Assembly (NCBI GenBank): GCA_016748015.1 | Contig: JAAOMT010000096.1 | Location: 1-64,000 of the forward strand | Direction of reading: 5' to 3' | Length of the DNA stretch: 64,000 nucleotides | Source of the DNA: Geosiphon pyriformis uo1 | Lineage: Eukaryota > Fungi > Glomeromycota | Shown: one piece after another, positions 1 through 10,502 of the stretch | How positions within the stretch are numbered: position 1 is the first letter of the stretch | Layout: the number at the start of each line of letters is the position of its first letter | Made by a program: the position numbers and the translations under genes | Notes under the pieces: generated by a model | Seen by the model: the letters and a program-made list of their open reading frames with translations, nothing else | Told to the model about the DNA's origin: nothing | Database searches by the model: none

Positions 1-273
1 CATGAAGAAAACAACTTCAGAGATACAAGTGGAAATTTTGGGCATTATACATTTAGATGTCCCAAGAGTTTTGACCATTGTAAGAAGAGCCAAAACTCTT
101 ATATAAAGATTTAGTCTCTTGGATACAAAGCTTATTTTGCCTTAAGTACTATACACTTTATTCACAAAAAATTTCAACAAACTAGTTAGTTTTGAGTTAG
201 ACAAAACCCTTCAATTAGAATACTCTATAAATAGCTTAATTTTGCTGGAGCTCAATCTCTTTGGAAAGGATGA
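1..273 (+). pseudogene. 3' part of the extra ORF3 and PPT of a family-A Ty3/gypsy element (5' part lies outside the window)
   Basis: Reads MKKTTSEIQVEILGIIHLDVPRVL..., matching the ORF3 copies at 10056-10373 and 16995-17615; purine tract GGAAAGGATGA directly before the LTR. Confidence 0.85.
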
Positions 274-1013
274 TGTTATGGTTGAAACCCATAATTTTTA
301 TTAATTATCACATGTATTAGCCACTGATGTCATATAATTAGCCATTTTATTTTTAGATAGTGATCATTGATCTGATCAATGACCTGACTGTTGACCTGAT
401 TATTGACCTGATCATTGACCTGAACAATGACTTAATCGTTGACCTGATCATTGACCTAATCATTGACCTAGTCATTGACCTGGTCATTGACCACTTTCAA
501 TAGCTATATAAGCAATGAGTCTTTTAGCTATAGAAAATCATCTCTCAGACAAAAATCAAATAAATAAAAATAACAACTTTCATCTCAATCACTCTCTTAT
601 TGCTAATTTCCCTTTCCTTACCTTCAAGTATCCAAACATCTTAGAATAAAAAATTACTTGTTGGCCTTTTTCTGTTTGAATAATTGTAGTATTTGAAGAC
701 TATTTGTATAAACATAACTGAAGAGCACAAGTTGATACCTGATATTGAATTCTAAGAGTGCCAACATGAAGGCATAGAATTAATACCAGCAGTGATCAAT
801 TGTTGACAGTATGGACTATCTCTTTACCTTCAGATTCCCTTATTACTTTTTGAAAAGAATAGCGACTGAAATATTTTATGAGACTGATCTCGCACATTAA
901 ATCCATACTCATTCAATTTGCTCATTGAAATTGAATCCCCTTTGATTATTTCCATTACCCTACAATTTTGTTCTCTCTTGCTATCCATTAGCTTGTTACT
1001 CCAACCTGTAACA
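274..1013 (+). mobile_element. Family-A 3' LTR (~740 bp)
   Basis: TGTTATGGTT...CCTGTAACA termini; 12-bp TTGACCTGATCA array at 360-492; TATATAA near 504; homologous to the other A LTRs; followed by target ATAT. Confidence 0.92.
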
Positions 1014-1027
1014 ATATAATAATAAGA

Positions 1028-1951
1028 CTAGCAGATCAGCTTGTCATTTATCATAATTCCTTCTTTATCAGCTTTAACATTGGCCAATGGCTTGTCATTG
1101 CTGGTGAAGATGGTATAGATGAGTTCAGCAGTTTCTTCTTGATTTTCATTATCACTCTCATCATTATTTGATTCATCTGATTGTTTTTCTTCTTGGTTTT
1201 GCTTGGATATTGGAGGAGTTGTCCAATAATGACACTTAACCACAATGGGCTTTTCACTACATCTAATGATTAGCTTACAAAGCTTATAGTCAAGCAGTGC
1301 TTTAGCTTTCTTAAGCCACTCATTCCCAACAATTTTGGTGTACTTTTTTGCTTTAGATACTTCCATATCAGTTTCAATGCTAATACTATTGATGCGAACA
1401 GGAATAGCTTTGGCTATGCCCAGGTCTTTTTTCTTGTCACCATGTATATTGGTCATTGGTTTTGTGAATGATTCATCAATTTTTCTGCCAATTGCTTTTA
1501 AAAAATGTTTGGCAATGACACTAACAGATGATCCACTGTTTAGGATCAGGTCAATGAAATAATTAGCCACTTGGGCTTTACAAATGAGAGGAGTAACATT
1601 GCTGTTGTCAGCAAGTTCAGCTTGATATAAGCATTTGTTGGTCTTTGGTGTCTTTTTCTTAGGTATTAATGATTTATGAAGATTTTTTTTGAATTGTGAG
1701 TGGGTCATTAATTGGCCAAATATAATGTGTAATGAGGTTTCCATAAAATTTTTAACAACAAAATAAAGACCAGATTTTTGTACTATTTCTGGAGGTTCTA
1801 ATTTTGGTGGATTCTTAAAAACTTTGGCCTTTGGTGGCTTATTGTTATTAGCAGATGATTTGGATGTTTTGTTTGGGTTCAAGACGAAATCAATCTTGGC
1901 TTTTTTCTTCTTTCTGGTTAATTCAGAGGTGTTGATTGCTAGTTCATCCAT
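1028..1951 (-). pseudogene. Retropepsin-like aspartic protease region of Pol (decayed)
   Basis: LILNSGSS (LILDSG in the copy at 13473-14321), IVGNEWL second motif, followed by an acidic linker. Confidence 0.85.
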
Positions 1952-2034
1952 ATTATGATCATCATCAGTTAGGTTAAAAGCATAAAAGAGATTTTCTTTT
2001 GGTTGGCTTGTACTCTCACCCTTTGGAAGTATGC

Positions 2035-3585
2035 TTACCAGTTTAAAAGTTGATAAACAGTGGCTTCAACTAGGAGATCCTCTCCAAAAAAATTAATGTT
2101 GGCATAATTGGGTTTTTGATTGAGAATATTATTGTTGTTGGATCTGTTATTCTGGGTGTTATTATTTCTAGGAGCTGGAAAAGACAATGGAGGATTGTTA
2201 CAATCTCTGAAAAAGTGTCCAGTTAATCCACAGTGGTAACACACAGGTAGACCACAATTTTGTTGTCTTTGATATGAGGGTTGCTGGGGTTGATTAAAAC
2301 AGGATTCAAATCTGGGTCTTTGGAATTGTTGATTTTCTCTGACAGCTTGGGCTAAGGATTCCAATAACTGGGCAAGATTAGCTGTGAGTCTATCTATTAA
2401 CTGTTCATTTGGGTCTTGAGTTTGGGCAGCAAAAGAGGCAGCAGCCATTTGTGGAGCTGGAGCCATAACAGGAGCAGGAGCAAAAACTGGAAGTGTAGAT
2501 CCCAAATGTATTCTTTGGTTATCTTCAATTTTTTGTGCCAGTTCAATAGCCATGTCCATTGTTGGATTGTTTTTTAAAGCCAAGAGAGGCCAAAGAGCAT
2601 ACAATAGATCAGTTCTTAATCTTTTTATGAAGGAATGGATCTTTTGCTCTTTTGTTTAGTTTCTTTTGGAGTCTACATGTTTGATTAACTTTCTGATAGC
2701 TTTGGCATATTTAGTCACTATTTCTTCAAGGCCTTGAGTTCTTTTTTCCAATTTCATGTGCTATTTGAATATTAATATTGGGATTCTGAACTTGGTTTCA
2801 AACTGGATGATAAAAAAGGTATTTTCTTCTCTAGCATTGGTTGGTGTTCATCTGATTATTCTGTGTTGAGCATTGGCATCTGTTTCTTGTAAAAACCAGG
2901 TAACAAGAGAGCCTTGAAGGTAGCCACCAACAATTTGGAACTTGTATTCTTTATCATACTGATTTGCAGTAACTCTCTCAAAATCATCCAACCATTTAAT
3001 TGGATCTTGTGTATTACCTCTGAATAAGAGTAGTGGGGTATTGTTTTTTCTTCTTAGAGCAGTTTGTATACCTTAAAGGGCGGCCAGAATGTTTGCTTGC
3101 ATGAAGTCATTAGCCATTGGTTTAAAGGTAACTGTTTGTGTAGATAAGTCTAATTTGCTTAATAAAAAGTCAAAAACAAGGGCAGTTTGGTGGCTTTCTT
3201 TTTCTGTTTTAAAGAGAGTTTCAGTCACTTGATGAGCAGCAATCCAAATGTGGATTTGATGATTCAGATATTTAGAATCAGGGGGCTGTTGTTCAAAGGT
3301 TGTGGAGTATAAAAGTTAATTGATGCTGTTGTTTCTTTTTTCAAAGTTGTCTTTAAAATAAGCTTAATTAAAGTAATAAGTTGTATAGGCTGTGTAGGTT
3401 TCAGCTGAATACTTGTTCAGAAACCAGTTTCAAAAGTCTTGGAAATGTCTGCTGGATTGTTTTTTAATGGGGAAACAAATCAAGCAAGAGAACAAAGGAT
3501 TGAGTTCAATAAAGTCTAGATCGTTTTTGTTGTGTGCTTTAAAGTGTTTTTCTGATTGTTGTGGCAAATATAAATAATCACCTAT
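2035..3585 (-). pseudogene. Gag (retrotransposon capsid plus one CCHC zinc knuckle), decayed
   Basis: CYHCGLTGHFFRDC knuckle; colinear with gag at 21605-23158; start ATG mutated to ATA. Confidence 0.85.
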
Positions 3586-3637
3586 ACAATAAAAAACAAA
3601 GTGGAATTTGACAACCTTACAGAAAGCATCACTTTTA

Positions 3638-4376
3638 TGTTATGGATTGGAGTAACAAGCTAACAGATAGCAAGAGAAAACAGGATTGTAGGGTAATGAA
3701 AAGAATCAAAGGGAATTCAACTTCAAAAAGCAAATTAAATAAGTATGAATTCAATGTGTGAGATCAGTCTCATAAAATATTTCAGTTGCTATACTTTTTA
3801 AAGATAACTGGAGAATCTGAAAGTAGAGAGATAGTTCATACTGTCAACAAATGATCACACACTGGTATAATTCTATGTCTTATGTCAGCACTCTTAGAAT
3901 TCAATATCAGGTATCAGATATGCTCTTTAGTCATGTTTTATTCAATAATCTTCAAATGCTGCAATTACACGTTTCAGAAAAAGGGTAAAAAATAACCAAC
4001 AAGTGATTTTTTATCTCAAGATGTTTGGATACTTAAAAGTAGGGAAAGAAAAATTAGTGATAAGAGAAAGATTAAGATAAAAGTTGTTATTTTATTTATT
4101 TTATTTTCTTGATTTCTACATGCTTTTCTACAGCTAAAAGATTTATCACTTATATAGCTATCAAAAGTGGTTAATGATTAGGTTAATAGTCAGATTAATA
4201 ATCAGGTCAATGATCAGGTCAATGATTAAGTCATTGATCAGATTAATAATCAGGTCAACAGTCAAGTTATTGATTAGGTTAATGATCACTTTCTAAAAAT
4301 AGAATGGCTAATTTATATGACATCAGTGGCTAATATATATGATAATTAATAAGAAGTATAAGTTTCAACCATAACA
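3638..4376 (-). mobile_element. Family-A 5' LTR
   Basis: TGTTA...TAACA termini, adjacent PBS, outer flank ATAT. Confidence 0.92.
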
Positions 4377-4529
4377 ATATGTTTAATTATTAAATACAGC
4401 AGCTGTTAAACTTGAAATAATAGTAGAAGAAAAAAAGGATAAAATGGAAATTCAACAGCAAAGTCAGATCTTAAAAGAAAAAAAATGAAAAACAAAAAAT
4501 CAAATCAGAAAACAGCATTCAAATAATCT

Positions 4530-6133
4530 CAAAGATTGGGCTAATTAAATAGAAATAAAATTAACAGCTTCTCTTTTAATTTTTAATACTATTAATAATG
4601 GTGCTTAAAAAAATGTAAATGGTCATCAAAAGTTCTCTGGTTAGATGGCCTCCAATCTAGTATCTGGTGCTATATTTAAAATCAAAATAGCCTTGCTTAG
4701 TTCTTTGTTTTAATTGCTGCCTAGTTGTATTGGGCTTAAGTTTATTTCACAAGATGCTGTTAAGTTGTTCTGTATGGAATTTGCATCTTAGGAGAGTCTA
4801 AATAGTGTTAACAAAGTGGCCATTGGTAATGAAGTTTTTTTGATTACTCTTAAAATTGCATGATTTTCTAATGTGGTCTTTGTTTTTTTTCTTCCTTTGT
4901 CAGTTGCACTTTGTGATGTACTTTTAAGTACATCTTTTGATAACATCAAAGTTGTTTTTGGTATTTTTGGTGTTATTACTTTAGTCAAATTGAAACTTGC
5001 TGGCTTGTGAAAATATGCCATAGTTCAATTTAAAGACTTTTTTTTTACTGCTGCTGCTTTTACTTACTGGTCAGTACTAGTTAGAAAAAACAATATTAGA
5101 ATTCTACCTTTAGTTAATCAAAAAGAGATTATCATCTCAAAAGATGCTTTCAAAACTAAGTTGGTCAATCTTTCTTTTGGCTGTATTGTCTTTGAAATTA
5201 GTAATTTGGTCTTTCAAGTTGGTGGTCATACTTGTTTTATTCTCCATTCCTTTAAGTCATAACAAAATGTTAATATTTTGCTGTGATTACCTTTGATTCT
5301 TTGGAATCTTTAAACATTGCTGTTTTAAAAACTGGTATTTTACATAACTGTTGCATCTGGTAAGAAACTTCTAGATGTTGTTACTGCTACAAATGTCAAG
5401 ATTTGGATCATTTGGCTGTGAACTACAAAATATTACCACCTTTCTTTCTTAAAGTATCTTCTAATTCTGCTGGTGGTTCCAAAGTTTTCAAGTTATTTCT
5501 TATTGGAATTAAATCTTATACCAAAGCTGTTGTCTTTGTGAGTTTTTCTGTTGCTGTTGCTGCTGATATGAATCTGGCTTTTGGTGCTTTCTCAAAACTT
5601 TAACATTTCTATTACTTGTTATCTTTTCTGGTTTGAAAACTCATCTTAGTGAACTGTCATTGTTGATAAAATCTATAATTAAGTCTGTAGGCTCTTTAGT
5701 TGTGCTAATTACTAAATTATTGTCTATTTTACTTGTTATGGCAGAGATATTGAAGGAAAGTGTAGTTGGGATGACAACTCAAATTATAACTATTAGTACT
5801 GTGGTATTTTTGCTGCAAAAAAAAATAGTAAACCTTAAGAAGAAAAGTGAAAAAGTTTACTTTGTTAATATATTTGATGATAAAGACATGGTTGATAATA
5901 ATAATGATAATGATAATAAGATTAAAGATTTTTCAGTCTATGATAACACATTTGATGCAATAATAGAATTATGAAAAAATCAATTTTCTAATATTAAATT
6001 TGATTCTAATCAGACAGCTAAATAGATGAATAGTCTTGTTAAAAATAGTTATGAACTTGTTTACATTATAAATAAGATGCATAAACTGGACTTGTTTAAT
6101 ACATTAGGTAGCAAAAGTAGTACTAATGTGTAG
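4530..6133 (+). pseudogene. Decayed non-LTR (LINE-type) ORF1-like gene
   Basis: Stop-riddled frame with RRM-like segments (YAIVQF, FAVITFDS), a knuckle remnant CYKCQDLDHLAVN(C>Y) and a coiled-coil/acidic C-terminus; no ORF2 follows. Confidence 0.6.
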
Positions 6134-6148
6134 TTAGAACTTTCCACT

Positions 6149-6482
6149 TGTAATTAATTGTATTTTGTAATATTATATTATTGGGTAAACTGGCTTTATA
6201 AAAATACCAACTATATTGTTGAACAAACTAATAAATAATCAGCATAGATACACATTGACAAAAAAAAAAGAAGACAGCACTCAAATCTGATTCAGCAAAA
6301 AAAAAAGAGACATATAATTCAGAGAGGAAAATCAAAAAAACATTGAAATTCATCTTAGCACTTTTTTTTTATGTTAACATTTAGCCATATCAGTCATTTA
6401 TTAATTATGTCTACAAAATTGTGATGCTTTTATAAAGCCAGCTCACCAAATAATACAAAATAATAAAATGCAGCTAATTACA
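6149..6482. repeat. Long imperfect inverted repeat (~120-bp arms), MITE-like or 3' UTR hairpin
   Basis: Left arm TGTAATTAATTGTATTTT...CTGGCTTTATAAAA is the reverse complement of right arm TTTTATAAAGCCAG...AAAATGCAGCTAATTACA. Confidence 0.75.
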
Positions 6483-6597
6483 TTAGAGCAGTTTTACTGC
6501 TAAAAAACCTAAATTTATAGAAACAGATAATATGTAGTATATCTAATTCTAATATAGTACAGAACTACTCTAATAACAATATTTGGAAAATTGGTAC

Positions 6598-7261
6598 TGT
6601 TATGATTGAAACCCATACTTTTTATTAGTTATCATATGTATTAGCCACTAATATCATAGAATTAGCCATTTTATTTTTAGATAGTAATTATTAACCTAAT
6701 TATTGATCTGCTTATTGATCATTTTTAATAGCTATATAAGTAATAAGTCTCTTAATTATAGAAAAATATGATCAAAGTAATGAAATAAAATCTATTATCA
6801 ATTACTTCCTCTTATATCACTTATTTTTTTTTTCTTATCTTTAAGTATTTAAACATCTTAGAATAAAAGATTACTTGTTGGTATTTACATATCTTATTTT
6901 TTTTCTTCTTAATTTGTATTGTTAAAATTAGTCTGAGAAGCAATTGCTTGCTTTTGTGATTTATTAAATAAAAAAACAATTGAAAAACACAATAATATCT
7001 GTTATTAATTTTAAGAATCATTAAGTAAAAGCATAGAATAATAGTAGTGGTATTATCTTGTTGACAATTATGGACTATTTCTCTATCTTCAAATTTCCAG
7101 AAAAAATTTGTGACTGTGATTTTTATGAAACTGATTATGCACATTGAATTCTTACTTATTTAATTTGCTCCCTTATTGTAATTTTCTCTTTGATTATTTC
7201 TATTACTTTACAATTCTGTTTTTTCTTGTTATCTGTTAGCTTGTTATTCCAATCCATACCA
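6598..7261 (+). mobile_element. Family-A variant (A2) 5' LTR
   Basis: A-type termini with a different central segment (~6880-7070) shared with the LTR at 56107; followed by TAAAAG-TGGTG PBS; preceded by GTAC. Confidence 0.85.
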
Positions 7262-8223
7262 TAAAAGTGGTGTTTTCTATAAAGTTGTCAAAATCTACTT
7301 GTTTTTTATTGTATAAATGATTATTCATACCTGTCACAACAATCAGAAAAACATTTTAAAGCACACAACAAAAACAATCTAGACTTTATTGAACTTAATT
7401 TTTTGCTCTCCTGCTTGATTTGCTTTCCTATTAAAAAACAATCTAATAAACAATTCCAAAACTTTTGAAACTGGTTCCTGAATAAGCATTCAGCTGAAAC
7501 CTATGCAGCTTATATAACTTATTACTTTGACTAAGCTTATTTTGAAGACAACTTTAAAAAAAAAACAACAGTATCAATTAGCTTTTATATTTCACAATAT
7601 TTAAACAACAAACCTTTAATTCTAAATACCTAAATTACCAAATTCACATTTGGATTGCTGTCCATCAGCTAGCTAAAACATCCTTTAAAACAAAAAAAAA
7701 AGCTATCAAACTGCTTCTGTTATTGATTTTTTCTTAAGTAAATTAGAACATTCTATACAAACAACTACTCTTAAACCAATGGCTAATGACCCTATACAAC
7801 AAAACATTCTGGCCACCCTTTAAGACATACAAACTGCTTTAGGGTGAAAAAAACAATACTCTATTACTTTTATTCAAAGGTAATACACAAAACCCAATTA
7901 AATGATTAGATAATTTTGAAAAAATGGCCACTGTTAATCTATATAATACTAAATATAAGTTCCAAATCATTGGTGGCTATTTTTAAGGCTCTCTTGTTAC
8001 TTGGTTCTTACAAGAAATTAATGCTGGTGCTTATTAAAAAATTATTAGATAGATACTAACAAATACTGAAGAAAAAAACACTTTTTTTACAATTCAGTTT
8101 GAAATTAAATTTAGAACTCTCATTTTAATCTCAAAATTGTGTATAGAATTGGAAAAAAAAATTCAAGACTCTAGTGAAGTTGTAACTAAGTATGTTAAAA
8201 CAATCAGAAAGTTAATCAAGTGG
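7262..8223 (+). pseudogene. PBS and 5' gag of the A2 element; gag resumes at 16934-17007 after the nested insertions
   Basis: Reverse-complement match to gag at 22250-23158; breaks at AAGTTAATCAAGTGG and resumes GTGGATAGACTTTAGAAG at 16934. Confidence 0.85.
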
Positions 8224-9803
8224 TGTTATCAGAGGTTTTTGGTCTTTTTTCTTGAATATTGTTAATGCTGATTTGCTGTAAATTTATGTTCTCAAAAAGC
8301 AGTTGGACCTTTAATAACTGAATTTATCTTCAAATTATCTCTTATAATTTGAATTGCTGGGCTTATAAGTGAAATAACTAATTCTGTGCCAGTTACTTTG
8401 TATAGTTACGTTGTAATAAACATCAACTTTTTTCCAGAAATTGCTTGTTTGGAAGTTCACTAAAATGTGTAGTTACTTTACTGTGAAAGTCAACTCTTCT
8501 ACAGGAATCTCATCTGTAGACTACCCTAATAATTATAATAAAAAAAAAAATAAAATATAAAAAATATAAAAAAAATAGAATTTTATCAAGAGAAAAGTTT
8601 TCTATTCAGGTCTGGAGTCACTAACAGTTTATTGAAATTGGTAGCTAATCAATTTCAGACATCAGTTGTGTTAAGAAAATTTCAAGTATAATGATTTAAG
8701 GATTTGGTTTTTGAATATTTAATTTTTATTTGATTTTGTAAAAAAAATAATTTGTTCTAATTAAGATATCTAAAGTAAGATACTATGGTAAGATATGGGA
8801 AGAATATATTTTTTTGAAGAGAGAAGCTCTTCTTTTATACAACTTGTTATAGTACTAGTCTTTAAACTTGTACTTTTCTCTTTTTTACAATTTGGGTGAA
8901 CTAAAGATATATTTTGGCAAACTACAAGTTATTTTTACAAATTATTGATTATTTTGGCAATTTTTTCATTAATTTTGGCAAATTTTGACTATATTAAATG
9001 GTTTAGAATATTGTGTAATTTGATTATCTTAATTTCTATAGTACAAATTGGGTTATTGATTAAGTAATAATATTTGATAATTTGGCTAATTAATAAGTGA
9101 TAATCAAAATAATAATAATATTGTTACAAATTGGAATAACAAGCTAACAGATAGCAAAAAAAAACAGGATTGTAGGGTGATGGAAATAATCAAAAAGGAA
9201 TTCAACTTTAAAAAGCGAATTAAATAAGTATGGATTCAATGTGCAAGATCAGTCTTATAAAATATCTCAGTCGCTATTTTTTTCAAAGATAATTGGGGAA
9301 TCTGAAGGTAGAGGGATAATCTGTACTGTCAACAATTAATCACTACTGGTATAATTCTATGTCTCATGTTGGTGCTCTTAGAATTCAATATCAGGTATCA
9401 ACTTGTGCTTTTCAGTCATGTTTATTCAAATAATCTTCAAATGCTACAATTATATATGTCAGGAAAAGGCCAACAAGTAATCTTTTATCTTTAAGATGTT
9501 CAAATACTTGAAGGTAGGAAAAAGGAAATTAGCGATAAAAGAAGGATTGAGATGAAAGTTGTTATTTTATTTATTCTTGATTATTCAAATGCTTGTTATT
9601 ACATGTTTTTCTACAGCTAAAAAATTTATTACTTATATAGCTATCAAAAGTGGTCAATGATCAGGTCATTGATCAGATTATTAATCAGGTCAATAATCAG
9701 GTCAACAGTTAGGTTAACAGTCAGGTTATTGATTAGATCAATGATCACTTTCTAAAAAAAGTGTGGCTAATCATATGACATCAGTGGGTAATACATGTGA
9801 TAA

Positions 9804-10460
9804 TTAATAAGAAGTATAAGTCTCAACCATAACATCATCCTCTCCAAAGAAATTGAGCTCTGGCGAAATCAAGCTATTTAAGAGATACTCTATTTAAAGG
9901 GTTTTATCTAACTCAAAACTAACTAGTTTGTTGAAGTCTTTTGTGGATAAGATATATAAAACTTGAGGCAAAATGAGCTTTGTGTTCAAGAGACCAAATC
10001 TTTGTATAAGAGTTTTGGCTCTTCTTGCAATAGTCAAAACTCTTGGGACATTTAATCATACAATGTCCAAAATTTCCACTTGTATCTCAAAAGTTGTTTT
10101 CTTCATGAGCTTTATGTCTTCTATGATTTCACCAAAGTGACCATAGAGCTCTAGTTGTCTTCCATATGACAAGTTTTTGTCTATGGATAAGATTTCTTTA
10201 ATTGTTTTTCCAAGTGTGGTGGAGGATATGAGTATCACTGCTGTTATACTTTCTAGCAGATATTTATCTATTTTGCTACCAATTTTTTCTCTTCTGGTAG
10301 TTGTTTTCTTTGGTCTAATAACAGTATGTGTTTTACTGTTATCAGTTATTGTGGTCTGTTTTCCAATAGTCAAAGTAGCATTTGGATAGTTTTTAATTCA
10401 ATACTCATGGAGAGTATAGAAAGCATTTTGAATGTTTTGATCCAGAAAATAATTGTTCAT
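9804..10460 (-). pseudogene. ORF3 (~218 aa, unknown function) running through the PPT into the 3' LTR
   Basis: ATG at 10460 is in frame with TAA at 9804-9806; internal stops look like transition damage; same frame recurs in other copies. Confidence 0.75.
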
Positions 10461-10502
10461 GTCAATTTGAAAATACCTCTGTTTTGGGAATAGTGCATTT
10501 AT

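Larger units (their letters stand above)
1014..4376 (-). mobile_element. 5' half of a family-A Ty3/gypsy element (5' LTR, PBS, gag, protease), interrupted by the + strand A element
   Basis: LTR 3638-4376, decayed PBS ~3615-3631, gag and protease remnants; sequence breaks at the LTR ending at 1013. Confidence 0.9.

Noticed and set aside
320-345. Hammerhead ribozyme (retrozyme) core in the LTRs
   Set aside because: CTGATGT in A and CAGATGAG in B do not give CUGANGA plus GAAA with proper stems
360-492. 12-bp repeat arrays as CRISPR, or the 57644/57657 ORFs as proteins
   Set aside because: No unique spacers, eukaryotic LTR context; the ORFs are read-throughs of the tandem repeat
826-887. A complete functional tRNA-Met gene in the LTR
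   Set aside because: No TTCGA T-loop/B-box, D-arm or acceptor stem around the anticodon arm; reported as a partial element instead
8353-8392. TGCTGGGCTTATAA...CCAG in the B LTR as an initiator-tRNA anticodon box
   Set aside because: All three copies read CTTAT rather than CTCAT, the 3' half is short, and no B PBS is in the window to compare
10177-10389. Hydrophobic antisense ORFs (also 17236, 58286, 1335, 13831, 20878) as membrane or env proteins
   Set aside because: They are shadows of A-rich sense frames, recurring only because the element is repeated
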